From: Candidatus Methylomirabilis limnetica | Lineage (GTDB): Bacteria; Methylomirabilota; Methylomirabilia; Methylomirabilales; Methylomirabilaceae | Direction: 5' to 3' | Assembly: GCF_003044035.1 (NCBI RefSeq) | Contig: NZ_NVQC01000022.1 | Span: forward strand, 270,001 to 302,000 | Length of the DNA: 32,000 nucleotides | Shown here: positions 16,581 through 25,153 of the stretch, in pieces | Layout: the number at the start of each line of letters is the position of its first letter | Numbering within the stretch: the first letter of the stretch is position 1 | Made by a program: the position numbers and the translations under genes | The notes under the pieces: model-generated | The model's input: only the letters and a program-made list of their open reading frames with translations | The model's database searches: none | Told to the model about the DNA's origin: nothing

Positions 16581-17831
16581 GTGGCGATCGCTCTCACCAG
16601 ACGGCTGCGCCCCTTCTCCCTGATCGATCGATACCTGCTGAGAGAGATGGCAGCCTCCTTCGCACTCGGACTTGCGACCTTTACCTTCGTGCTGCTGATG
16701 GACCAGATGATGCGCTTAATGGATCTGATCATCAATAAGGGGGCTCCCGTTTGGGTCGTACTTCGTCTCATCTTCTACGTCCTCCCCTTTTCTCTCACGG
16801 TGACGATCCCAATGTCCGTGTTGTTAGCCGTCCTGGCCACGTATGGCCGCGTCTCGTCCGAGGGGGAGGCGATAGTACTTAAAACAAGCGGCCTCAGTTT
16901 GTACCGCCTTATGGCGCCAGCGGTTCTCTTCGGCATCGTTGCCACGCTCGCCACCCTTTGGATCAGTGCCCTTGTTCAGCCCGACAGTACAAGGGCCTCC
17001 AAGACGTTGATTCATCAACTCTACCAGACGAAGGCGCTCACGTCACTTGAGGAAGGGGTATTCAACACCGAGTACCAGGGGCTTGCGATCTACGTAGATC
17101 ACTTGAAGAAACAGGACGGGACGTTTCAAGGCATCCTGGTCATCGATCGCAGGAGCCAGACCGACCAGCATCTCATTATCGCTCAGGAAGGCAAACTGCT
17201 CACGAGGAATGGTGAGGCAGACACACTGATCGGGCTCCAAGTGTCGAATGGAAATCTCCATATCAGCTCCCGCGACGATCCAGGCCGGTATCGAAATCTC
17301 GATTTCGAAACCTACGATCTTCAGGTCCCGGCTAGCGACACCCTCGCTGAGGCGGCGGGGCGAGTAAAGCAAGGCAAAGAGATGAATCTCGGGGAGCTGC
17401 GAGCGCAGATTGCACGGCTCGAAAAGGACGGAGACAAGGCTGCTTGGCCGCTGCAGGTAGAGCTACACAAGAAATTCTCTCTCCCGATTGCCTGCCTCAT
17501 CCTAAGCGCGATAGGCGCCCCGCTCGCGATTCGCATCAAGAAGGCGAGCCGCGGCGTCAGCCTTGCCCTAAGCGTGGCTATTGCCGTGTTCTACTATATC
17601 TTGCTGGCAACCGGCGAGAGCCTTGGATCCCGGGGGCAGATCGAGCCCGCCCTCGGCGTATGGTTCCCGAACCTCACCATAGGCATCATCGCAATCAGCT
17701 TGGTTCTTGCGGAGGGCCGCGAGGCCTTTCTACCCGCCAGGCTTCGAACGGCTATTAGAACTCTGATGGTATTCCTTTCGCGGGCCATCTCACAGCAGAA
17801 GACCGCGAAACCGGATAGGTATCTAACGTAG
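16581..17831 (+). CDS. lptF: LPS export ABC transporter permease LptF (YjgP/YjgQ family)
   Basis: ..LIDRYLLREMAASFALGLATFTFVLLMDQMMRLMDLII.. is the canonical LptF N-terminus, so the track ORF start at 16128 is about 150 codons too early. The in-frame GTG at 16581 was chosen. The start is uncertain because no SD was seen. Confidence 0.8.
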   Translation: MAIALTRRLRPFSLIDRYLLREMAASFALGLATFTFVLLMDQMMRLMDLIINKGAPVWVVLRLIFYVLPFSLTVTIPMSVLLAVLATYGRVSSEGEAIVLKTSGLSLYRLMAPAVLFGIVATLATLWISALVQPDSTRASKTLIHQLYQTKALTSLEEGVFNTEYQGLAIYVDHLKKQDGTFQGILVIDRRSQTDQHLIIAQEGKLLTRNGEADTLIGLQVSNGNLHISSRDDPGRYRNLDFETYDLQVPASDTLAEAAGRVKQGKEMNLGELRAQIARLEKDGDKAAWPLQVELHKKFSLPIACLILSAIGAPLAIRIKKASRGVSLALSVAIAVFYYILLATGESLGSRGQIEPALGVWFPNLTIGIIAISLVLAEGREAFLPARLRTAIRTLMVFLSRAISQQKTAKPDRYLT

Positions 17832-17879
17832 GGGCAGGACTTGCCCTGCCCAGAAGGGCGCAGCAAGCAGCGCCCCTAC
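17828..17879. repeat. Two REP hairpins between lptF and lptG (GTAGGGGCAGGacttgCCCTGCCC; GGGCGCAGCAAGCAGCGCCCCTAC)
   Basis: Perfect short stems. Relatives lie at 6238-6262 and 9887-9910. Confidence 0.65.
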
Positions 17880-17898
17880 ATTGCCGCTGAATACTGCC

Positions 17899-18972
17899 AT
17901 GCGAATTCTGGATCGTTACCTTGTGAGAGAGTTTCTGGGGACGTTCGTCTTCTCGCTGGTAGTCCTCCTCGCGCTCTCCGCTATCGTTGACCTGTTCGAC
18001 CGCCTGTCCCGCTTCCTCGACGTTTCCGGTATGGTGGTTCTCCAGTACTACGTCCATAGGCTGCCATGGTTCGGATTCCAGGTCATGCCGGTGGCGGTGC
18101 TTCTCGCCGCCCTATTCAGCCTTGGGAGAATGGTTCGGCACAACGAATTACTCGCCATGAAGATGGGTCATCTAGGTTCCTTGCGCATCATAGCTCCGCT
18201 TTTGGTCCTCGGCCTCGTGGTGAGCCTTGCGGCACTGGTCCTAGGTGAGTCGATAATCCCTCAAATGAACGAACGCGCGCTGAACACGTATCGAGTCAAG
18301 GTGCAGAAGGTCTCCCCCTTTCAGCGGACCAGGGACAACGATATCTGGTACCGGGCCAAGGGTAACCGGTTTTTGCACATCTCGCTACTGGAGGTGGCAT
18401 CGGGTAACATCCATGGGCTGACCATCTTTGAACTCTCACCGGATTTCAGGCTACTGAGAAGGGTCGATGCAAAGGAGGCCCGATGGCAAGACGGGCGGTG
18501 GTGGCTTCGGGATGGCGAAATCTCCTGGACCAGGCCTGATGGGAGATATCAAGTCGATCCGTTTACGAACATTACGATTGATCTCGAAGAAACGCCCATG
18601 GATCTTGCCCAGGTCGTGCGGGAGCCTGAAGAGATGAGCTCTGCGGAGCTTCGGGAGTATATCGAGCGGCTCGCCAAAAGTGGGGTGAACTCTGTGCGGT
18701 ATCAGGTAGACCTGGCTGCAAAGAGCTCTACAGCATTCGTGAGTGTCGTGATGGCCCTCATCGGGATCGCATTCGCCCTCCGTACCGGCAAGCGAGGCGT
18801 GATGGCCTGGTCGGGCGCCTGCGTGGTGGTAGCCGTATGTTACTCGATCCTCAACTCCCTCAGTATTTCTCTCGGGCGAGGCGGCGTCCTGCCCCCGATA
18901 GTTGCGGCGTGGCTTCCCAACGCCCTCTTCACCGCTGCCGGTCTCAGCTCCGTACTCACGATCAAGAGCTAA
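17899..18972 (+). CDS. lptG: LPS export ABC transporter permease LptG, 357 aa
   Basis: MRILDRYLVREFLGTFVFSLVVLL.. is the canonical start (ATG at 17899; the track start at 17881 is an upstream TTG). It belongs to the YjgP/YjgQ family and is adjacent to lptF. Confidence 0.85.
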   Translation: MRILDRYLVREFLGTFVFSLVVLLALSAIVDLFDRLSRFLDVSGMVVLQYYVHRLPWFGFQVMPVAVLLAALFSLGRMVRHNELLAMKMGHLGSLRIIAPLLVLGLVVSLAALVLGESIIPQMNERALNTYRVKVQKVSPFQRTRDNDIWYRAKGNRFLHISLLEVASGNIHGLTIFELSPDFRLLRRVDAKEARWQDGRWWLRDGEISWTRPDGRYQVDPFTNITIDLEETPMDLAQVVREPEEMSSAELREYIERLAKSGVNSVRYQVDLAAKSSTAFVSVVMALIGIAFALRTGKRGVMAWSGACVVVAVCYSILNSLSISLGRGGVLPPIVAAWLPNALFTAAGLSSVLTIKS

Positions 18973-18973
18973 T

Positions 18974-19024
18974 AGCGATCAGCTCTCAGCTGCTGAAAGC
19001 TGATCGCTAACAGCTGAACGCTGC
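18974..19024 (+). repeat. Heptamer-periodic array (GCTGAnn type) containing an 11-bp perfect inverted repeat (AGCGATCAGCT / AGCTGATCGCT)
   Basis: 7-nt phasing of AGCT/CGCT across about 7 units, directly after the lptG stop. No T-run follows, so it is not a classical intrinsic terminator. Confidence 0.6.
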
Positions 19025-19046
19025 CCTTTATGTGGCCAATATTGCC

Positions 19047-19076
19047 TTGACCTGCAAGTCCTTTGCTGCTTATACT
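19047..19076 (+). promoter_or_regulatory. Candidate sigma70-type promoter of ahcY (TTGACC-18 nt-TATACT)
   Basis: Hexamers read directly from the sequence. It implies a roughly 105-nt leader. Confidence 0.45.
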
Positions 19077-19185
19077 TCCCCGTCAGAAGCAATACCTTAT
19101 CAAGCAAATGAAATTCCCCTCACCGCGTTCCGCGCGGCCGGTGAGGGCTAAAAAAGGGGCGCCTCGCACTCTTTATAAAAAGGAA

Positions 19186-20634
19186 ATGAACATGCCGACG
19201 TTAGCAGAAAAAAATCTATCCTCTTCGCCTGATTTCAAGGTGGCGGATTTGTCCTTGGCCGATTTTGGTCGCAAAGAAATTGACATTGCTGAAAAAGAAA
19301 TGCCCGGCCTGATGGCGGTGCGTGAGAAGTACGGGAAATTGAAATCTCTCAAAGGCGTCCGTGTAACCGGTTCGCTGCATATGACCATTCAAACAGCCGT
19401 GTTGATCGAAACCCTGGTCGACCTGGGTGCGGATGTTCGCTGGGCCTCTTGCAATATCTTTTCAACCCAAGACCATGCAGCGGCAGCCATTGCCGTGGCT
19501 GGAGTTCCCGTATTCGCCTGGAAAGGTGAAACCTTGGAAGAATATTGGGACTGTACTTTTAAAGCTCTGGTTCACCCTGGCAAAAACGGTGAGGTCCTGG
19601 GACCCCAGCTCATTGTAGATGATGGTGGCGATGCCACCTTACTCATTCATTGGGGAGTCAAGGCCGAAAAAGACGCGTCTTTCCTGGATCGAAAACCGGA
19701 GAACGAAGAGGAAGGCTGTATTCTCAACTTGTTGAAAAACACTTTGAAGTCCTATCCGGGTATTTGGACCCGCATAAGCAAAGACTGGAAAGGGGTTTCG
19801 GAGGAAACCACCACCGGCGTCCATCGTTTATACCAGATGATGGAAAAAGGGGAACTTTTGGTGCCGGCCATTAATGTGAACGACAGTGTCACCAAGAGCA
19901 AGTTCGATAATTTGTACGGATGCCGAGAATCATTGGCCGATGGCATCAAACGCGCCACCGATGTGATGATCGCAGGTAAAGTGGTGGTCGTGGCCGGCTA
20001 CGGAGATGTGGGCAAGGGTTGCGCGCATAGTATGCGCAGTTACGGGGCCCGCGTTATCGTCACTGAGATTGATCCCATCAACGCCCTACAAGCGGCGATG
20101 GAGGGCTTTGAAGTCACCGTTATGGAAGACGCCGCCAAGATGGGGAATATTTTTGTAACCGCTACCGGTAACGTGGATGTCATTACCGCGGCTCACATGG
20201 TGACGATGAAAGGGGAAAGTATCATTTGCAACATCGGGCATTTCGACAGCGAAATCGATGTGGCCGGGTTGAAATCCCTTCCGGGTGTGCAACACGTCAA
20301 CATCAAGCCCCAGGTGGATAAATATGTCCTTCCAAATGGGAATAACCTCTATCTTTTAGCAGAAGGACGTCTTGTCAATCTGGGTTGTGCCACGGGTCAT
20401 CCCAGTTTCGTCATGTCGAATTCATTTACTAACCAAACCTTGGCCCAAATCGACCTTTGGAGCAACCCGCGGCCCATAGGTGTTTACACCTTACCTAAAA
20501 AGCTGGATGAGGAAGTCGCTCGACTGCATTTGGAAAAACTGGGAATCAAACTAACCCGGTTGAGTCCCAAGCAGGCTAAATATATCGGAATCTCTCCGGA
20601 TGGTCCCTATAAGCCAGATCATTATCGTTATTAA
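19186..20634 (+). CDS. ahcY: Adenosylhomocysteinase (S-adenosyl-L-homocysteine hydrolase)
   Basis: ..[35 protein letters not shown].., the NAD site [12 protein letters not shown], and the C-terminus [12 protein letters not shown]. The track start at 19063 is too early. Real start is ATG 19186 (MNMPT) or ATG 19192 behind AGGAA. Confidence 0.9.
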   Translation: MNMPTLAEKNLSSSPDFKVADLSLADFGRKEIDIAEKEMPGLMAVREKYGKLKSLKGVRVTGSLHMTIQTAVLIETLVDLGADVRWASCNIFSTQDHAAAAIAVAGVPVFAWKGETLEEYWDCTFKALVHPGKNGEVLGPQLIVDDGGDATLLIHWGVKAEKDASFLDRKPENEEEGCILNLLKNTLKSYPGIWTRISKDWKGVSEETTTGVHRLYQMMEKGELLVPAINVNDSVTKSKFDNLYGCRESLADGIKRATDVMIAGKVVVVAGYGDVGKGCAHSMRSYGARVIVTEIDPINALQAAMEGFEVTVMEDAAKMGNIFVTATGNVDVITAAHMVTMKGESIICNIGHFDSEIDVAGLKSLPGVQHVNIKPQVDKYVLPNGNNLYLLAEGRLVNLGCATGHPSFVMSNSFTNQTLAQIDLWSNPRPIGVYTLPKKLDEEVARLHLEKLGIKLTRLSPKQAKYIGISPDGPYKPDHYRY

Positions 20635-20706
20635 GCGGCAATTGGATTGCCGCTAGGCTTCTAGCCCTTTGAATCCTATCTCTTTTCGGGGATAGGATTT
20701 TTTGTT
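20635..20706 (+). terminator. Tandem hairpins after ahcY; the second is a rho-independent terminator (AATCCTATC-loop-GATAGGATT followed by TTTTTGTT)
   Basis: GCGGCAATtggATTGCCGC at 20635-20653. A 9-bp stem at 20672-20699 is followed by a T-run. Confidence 0.7.
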
Positions 20707-21199
20707 GGTTTTAGATCAAGCCCTCGTGAGGGATTACAGATCGAAGCTATTCAAAAGTGAGCCGTCTGGCTCCCCTCGACCCGTCGCCGGCGTCCAAACT
20801 CTGTCCATGCTCGGTCCATACATGGTTCAGCAGTGCTTCTTTTGAGGATGCGTTCCGATCAAATCCACCACCCATTCCGATCGATGATCGCCGGTTGCCT
20901 CGCGAGCAGGATGCCGGTCCAAGACGCCTCGATTTAGGGTAGTGAACCAAGCGTGGGGGGAGACAGGGCACTGTGACCAATGCAGGAGACTCAAGATTAC
21001 GGGGGTGTAATCTACACCCTACACGGTGGCAGGCGCGGGGGATTCCCGCAAGCGCCGTTCACCTACGCTCTGGCGCCTAACGGCGTGATCTGCCGCGAGT
21101 GTAACGAGCTAGCGCGCCAAGTTGTTGGGCTGTAATTCTTGGTCTCATCCTATTCGTTCCCAGAGACCGCTGACGTCTGCACCGTTGCAATACAAATGG

Positions 21200-22429
21200 T
21201 TAGTTGATGAGAAACAGTTTAATGGTGTATTCATAAATAATTGCCGCAACGATAGAGGCACAGATGCCGAATATGAATTGCATCATGATCGATTTCTCTT
21301 TCTCTTGTTTCTCCATCTGCCTATTCCCTTTCGCTGTCAACGCGAGAATGCTTTGCATTCGAAACACTCTTAGGTACAGTGCGGTCAACATATAGGCAAC
21401 CAGATAGAGAAGTACGAACCTAAAGTATGAGTACGCCCAATGTATATTCTGCATTGCCTGTATCTGTTGAATCATCGCCTTCGTATTGTAGGTGAGCTTT
21501 TCTGATTTTTCGTCTCGGTCATAGTAGCCAGACACCCACTTGTCAATGACTCCATGGTACTTTGAATTAAAGCGTCCTGCTTCCTGGAGCCCCGAGATAA
21601 TGGCTCTCGGCTCATACTTCAAATCGCGAAGCAGAAAGAACTGAAGAAGGAGACTTGGATCTCGGTCACTCCTGTTGTCTATCAATACTTCTGCAACATC
21701 AAAAATAAACTCATCTCGCACTTTTAGCGGATTGAGCATGTCCTTTTTTTGGATAAGCATGTAAATGCCTCCAACAATAATAAATAGGATGCAGGCAACG
21801 GCAATAGTATCCAAGATGCCAAAACTCTTCAAAGATCGTAGGGTCTTGTACGCGAGTGAGTAGCGAATTACTATTTTGCCTATGTGCTCTTCAAACAGTC
21901 GCAATACTTCTGCGGCCCAGACCTGGTTTGTATGTTCAACTCTCACCGTAATAGAACCCACGCGCGAAAACAATCTAGCCGTTTCAAAAAAGACCGATAC
22001 TTTTTGTTGTTGAACAGTGTTCATGTCTGGCGTCTTAAACACAAAATTCCAGCACATGTCGAACGATTGCACCCCTATGTCCCTGTGCTCGCTATATTTT
22101 TCAATCGCTTCAAATGTATTGATTGTTCTGTTGGTGTTGTCATCATAACGTATGACAGCTGTTACTAACGACGTCATTATGAACTGTTCTTTAGCTATTT
22201 TTTGTTCCAGCAGATGGTGAAACTGCAGCAAGTCCTCGATTCGTACAATGAAATCATTATCGAATGTCTTACTCAAGGTTTCTCTGGCACCAAGAAACCC
22301 AAAAAGAAACTCCGCGAACTTCCCTTTTTTCAATATCAGCGTTACATCGCTATCCCCGTCTTGCCGTAATGTTGCTATCTCCGGATCGGTAGCCTCCCCT
22401 TTAGGCGTTATGCCGCTTTGTTGCGCCAT
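21200..22429 (-). CDS. Orphan low-GC membrane protein, 409 aa (about 200-aa soluble N-domain, one central TM, two C-terminal TMs)
   Basis: A clean ORF with a strong SD (GGAGGAActcATG). About 40-43% GC in sampled stretches against more than 60% in neighbouring genes. TM segments: ILDTIAVACILFIIVGGIYMLI, FRFVLLYLVAYMLTALYL and IMMQFIFGICASIVAAIIY. No family was recognised. Confidence 0.75.
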   Translation of the reverse strand: MAQQSGITPKGEATDPEIATLRQDGDSDVTLILKKGKFAEFLFGFLGARETLSKTFDNDFIVRIEDLLQFHHLLEQKIAKEQFIMTSLVTAVIRYDDNTNRTINTFEAIEKYSEHRDIGVQSFDMCWNFVFKTPDMNTVQQQKVSVFFETARLFSRVGSITVRVEHTNQVWAAEVLRLFEEHIGKIVIRYSLAYKTLRSLKSFGILDTIAVACILFIIVGGIYMLIQKKDMLNPLKVRDEFIFDVAEVLIDNRSDRDPSLLLQFFLLRDLKYEPRAIISGLQEAGRFNSKYHGVIDKWVSGYYDRDEKSEKLTYNTKAMIQQIQAMQNIHWAYSYFRFVLLYLVAYMLTALYLRVFRMQSILALTAKGNRQMEKQEKEKSIMMQFIFGICASIVAAIIYEYTIKLFLIN

Positions 22430-22448
22430 GAGTTCCTCCTAGTTAGAA

Positions 22449-22673
22449 CTACCTAATCCGGCGCAAGACTTGACCAGATTGCAATATAATCTGGCTCGCA
22501 TCCCGCCGGAAGAGCCCCCGTAACCTGTTCGCCACGCGGTCCAGAGAATTGGCGGACGTCTTCTGAAAACAGTATGGCCCTTCAGGAGTCATGATGCCCC
22601 AGAGGGCCATAGCGGTCTTCGCCTTCGGCGTGATGCCGGTTCCGGCTAGGCGCAGGTTCCCACCACTTGCCAT
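22449..22673 (-). CDS. Small hypothetical protein, 74 aa, 17 nt upstream of the orphan membrane-protein gene
   Basis: The ATG at 22673 is preceded by GAGGAG with 6-nt spacing. The track start (TTG at 22712) would lie at the predicted transcription start. The GC content is host-like. No family was recognised. Confidence 0.5.
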   Translation of the reverse strand: MASGGNLRLAGTGITPKAKTAMALWGIMTPEGPYCFQKTSANSLDRVANRLRGLFRRDASQIILQSGQVLRRIR

Positions 22674-22719
22674 GTCTGTCTCCTCACCCTTGACAAAAGA
22701 GGGTAGAACCAAGTAGCCA

Positions 22720-22749
22720 ACTGTAGCATGTAGCTTACTTGGGTGTCAA
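22720..22749 (-). promoter_or_regulatory. Candidate promoter of the two-gene module (TTGACA-18 nt-TACAGT on the minus strand)
   Basis: Hexamers read directly from the sequence (plus-strand ACTGTA 22720-25 and TGTCAA 22744-49). Confidence 0.4.
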
Positions 22750-23164
22750 AGGAAGCATGAGCCGTCTTGGGGGCCAACCCGCGGAGTTGGCAGTGCAGGT
22801 TACAACCACAAACCTACACCACGATCGGAACGCCTGGCCGAGCTCAATCGGAAGAGGTGGCCGGTTTACGACCGGAATGGGTGGCGCAGTGGGCGTACGC
22901 ATCTTGTCGAGGCAGAGGTTGACGAGCCGTACGAACTACATGGCCAGAACAGGAGATGCTTGCACGTATGGTAGCGCGTGCGGGCGCGGATGTCTGGCTC
23001 GGAAGGCGGGGTGAAGCGACTAGATTGACGCGGCTCACAGGCTCGAACGGAGGAAAGCCTTGGAACAGTGCAGGCACGCATCCTCGACCTCGACGCCGAG
23101 CGCGACCTTGGGGAGTTTGCCATGCACGGCCTGGCGGGCGGAGTCAGCGCAGCTCTCAGGTGCG

Positions 23165-23839
23165 TTACTTCACGATCTCCAGCAGTTCCACCTCGAAGAC
23201 CAGCGTGGCGCCCGGCTTGATTTTCGGGGGCGACCCCCGGACGCCGTAGGCCGCGTCGGCAGGGCAGACCAGCTTGGCCTTACCGCCGACCTTCATGGTG
23301 GCAACGCCTTCGGTCCAGCACTTGATCACGCCGTTGAGCGGGAAGGTGGCCGGTTGCCCACGCTGCACGGAGCTGTCGAAGACGGTGCCGTCGATCAGGG
23401 TGCCAGTGTAGTGCACCTTCACCGTGTCGCTGGCCGCGGGCGAGGGTCCGGTGCCAGGCTTGAGCGTGGTGACGATCACGCCCGAGGCCGTCTTGGTCAC
23501 CCCCTTCTCGGCGGCGGCCTTGTCGAGGAACGACTGGCCCTGCTTCTTCTCGACGGCAGCGGTGGCGGCCTGACGCGACGCCTGCAACTCCTGGACCTTG
23601 CTAGTGTACGCGAGCAGCTCGACCTTCCGCGTCCGATTCAGGACCCCGTCGGCGAGACCTGACTTCACCAACTCCAGCTCGGCCTCGCTGAGATTGAACG
23701 AGCCGAGACTCTGGCTGAGCGCGAGCCCTAGGGCGTAAAATGTCTTCTGCTCCTCAGTCTTCAGCTCCTGGCCCCTGACGACGCCGGCCGCGCCGACGGT
23801 CATCAGGAGGGCGACGATGCACGCGACGATTCGATGCAT
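23165..23839 (-). CDS. Periplasmic FKBP-type peptidyl-prolyl cis-trans isomerase (FkpA/FklB-like), 224 aa
   Basis: Signal peptide MHRIVACIVALLMTVGAAG. FKBP domain VKVHYTGTLIDGTVFDSS....FPLNGVIKCWTEG...MKVGGKAKLVCPADAAYG....IKPGATLVFEVELLEI. Confidence 0.85.
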   Translation of the reverse strand: MHRIVACIVALLMTVGAAGVVRGQELKTEEQKTFYALGLALSQSLGSFNLSEAELELVKSGLADGVLNRTRKVELLAYTSKVQELQASRQAATAAVEKKQGQSFLDKAAAEKGVTKTASGVIVTTLKPGTGPSPAASDTVKVHYTGTLIDGTVFDSSVQRGQPATFPLNGVIKCWTEGVATMKVGGKAKLVCPADAAYGVRGSPPKIKPGATLVFEVELLEIVK

Positions 23840-23846
23840 GAGGGAA

Positions 23847-25004
23847 TTATGCTCCCAGTCTGCCGGCCTCTTTTTTTAGATCCTCAGCCTTATCGGTCCG
23901 CTCCCACGTGAAATCAGGTTCTGTGCGACCGAAATGGCCATAGGCCGCAGTCTGCTTATAAATTGGGCGTCGAAGATCAAGAGCCTTGATCATCCCGGCC
24001 GGGGTCAACTCAAAGTGGGGACGGACCATTTTCATCAACTCTTCATCCGGGATCATCCCTGTCCCCTTGGTGTCCACCAACACCGACACTGGGTCGGCGA
24101 TGCCGATCGCGTAGGCCAGTTGAATCTCGCACTTTTGGGCCAAGCCGGCCGCTACGAAATTCTTCGCGATATACCTGGCATTGTACGACGCAGATCGATC
24201 CACCTTCGTCGGGTCCTTACCAGAGAAGGCGCCGCCTCCGTGACTCCCGACTCCGCCATAGGTGTCCGCGATCAGCTTCCGGCCGGTCAGCCCAGTATCG
24301 CCGTGGGGCCCGCCGATCACAAAGCGGCCGGTTGGATTGATGTGGTAGGTAATCAGGTCCAAGTCCACCAACTCCCTGGGGAGGACCGGGAGGATCACCT
24401 GCTCAATGACGTCTTCTCGGATCTGCTTTAACTGGACCTCCGCGCTATGCTGAGTGGAGATAACCACAGTATCGATGCGATGCGGCTTCCCATCGACGTA
24501 TTCGACCGTCACCTGCGATTTGCCATCCGGTCGAAGGTAATCCAAGATCCCCGTACGACGGACCTCTGCCAGGCGCCTGCAGAGCTTGTGGGCCATCATA
24601 ATCGGAATCGGCATCAACTCAGGGGTCTCATCGCTGGCATACCCGAACATCAATCCCTGATCGCCCGCCCCCTGGACGTCAACTCCCAGCGCGATATCGG
24701 GAGACTGCTCCTGAATTGCGCTGATGACGCCGCAGGTCTCGTAATCAAAGCCGTATTTAGCCCTCGTATAGCCAATGTCCCGGATCGTCTCGCGGACTAC
24801 CTTTGGGATGTCCACATAACACTTGGTGGAAATCTCCCCGGCCACAAAGGCCAAGCCAGTCGTGACCAGCGTTTCGCAGGCCACGCGGCCATAGGGGTCC
24901 TGCGCGAAGATGGCGTCAAGCACGGCATCAGAGATCTGGTCGGCAATTTTATCAGGGTGACCCTCAGTCACCGATTCCGACGTGAACAGATAGTGCTTGG
25001 GCAT
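23847..25004 (-). CDS. metK: S-adenosylmethionine synthetase, 385 aa
   Basis: [31 protein letters not shown].., [12 protein letters not shown] and [16 protein letters not shown]. The start was moved to the ATG at 25004 behind GGAGGAGG. The track start at 25061 reads through the heptamer array. Confidence 0.92.
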   Translation of the reverse strand: MPKHYLFTSESVTEGHPDKIADQISDAVLDAIFAQDPYGRVACETLVTTGLAFVAGEISTKCYVDIPKVVRETIRDIGYTRAKYGFDYETCGVISAIQEQSPDIALGVDVQGAGDQGLMFGYASDETPELMPIPIMMAHKLCRRLAEVRRTGILDYLRPDGKSQVTVEYVDGKPHRIDTVVISTQHSAEVQLKQIREDVIEQVILPVLPRELVDLDLITYHINPTGRFVIGGPHGDTGLTGRKLIADTYGGVGSHGGGAFSGKDPTKVDRSASYNARYIAKNFVAAGLAQKCEIQLAYAIGIADPVSVLVDTKGTGMIPDEELMKMVRPHFELTPAGMIKALDLRRPIYKQTAAYGHFGRTEPDFTWERTDKAEDLKKEAGRLGA

Positions 25005-25028
25005 AAATCGACCCTCCTCCCCTTCCAA

Positions 25029-25056
25029 GTTTTGAGTTTTGAGTTTCGGGTTTTGA
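25029..25056. repeat. Heptamer array (GTTTTGA)x4, one unit degenerate, in the metK 5-prime leader
   Basis: GTTTTGA GTTTTGA GTTTCGG GTTTTGA read directly from the sequence. Confidence 0.7.
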
Positions 25057-25101
25057 GTCACATTCTACGGAGAACTCGAAGCATAGGTGTTCAGATCGGT
25101 C

Positions 25102-25129
25102 ACTGTAACACGCCTCTCCTGCTTGTCAA
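25102..25129 (-). promoter_or_regulatory. Candidate metK promoter (TTGACA-16 nt-TACAGT on the minus strand)
   Basis: Plus-strand ACTGTA at 25102-07 and TGTCAA at 25124-29. It lies about 95 nt upstream of the metK ATG. Confidence 0.35.
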
Positions 25130-25153
25130 GAAAAAGCCTCTGCCATGCCGCCC

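Noticed and set aside
19083-19185. SAH riboswitch upstream of ahcY
   Set aside because: The gene context is right and the 3-prime part (GGGGCGCCUCGCAC) looks loosely similar. I could not find the complementary GAGCGC-type segment needed for the pseudoknot, nor the conserved AGGCUC core. It is kept only as a hypothesis needing a covariance-model scan.
20980-21135. 51-codon plus-strand ORF (MQETQDYGGVIYTLHGG...VICRECNELARQVVGL) between ahcY and the low-GC gene
   Set aside because: It has no SD and only half of a possible Cys motif. It lies in a stretch that otherwise looks like degraded sequence. It cannot be supported without homologs.
22750-23164. tRNA gene, integrase remnant or att site that could mark the boundary of the low-GC insertion
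   Set aside because: A by-eye scan found no tRNA-like T-arm or acceptor structure and no recombinase motifs. One frame (RSERLAELNRKRWPVYDRNGW..) looks vaguely protein-like but is short and unassignable.
25005-25061. Longer metK N-terminus ([19 protein letters not shown]..) from the track ORF
   Set aside because: These codons are simply the heptamer array read in frame. The canonical MetK start [12 protein letters not shown].. follows a strong GGAGGAGG SD.
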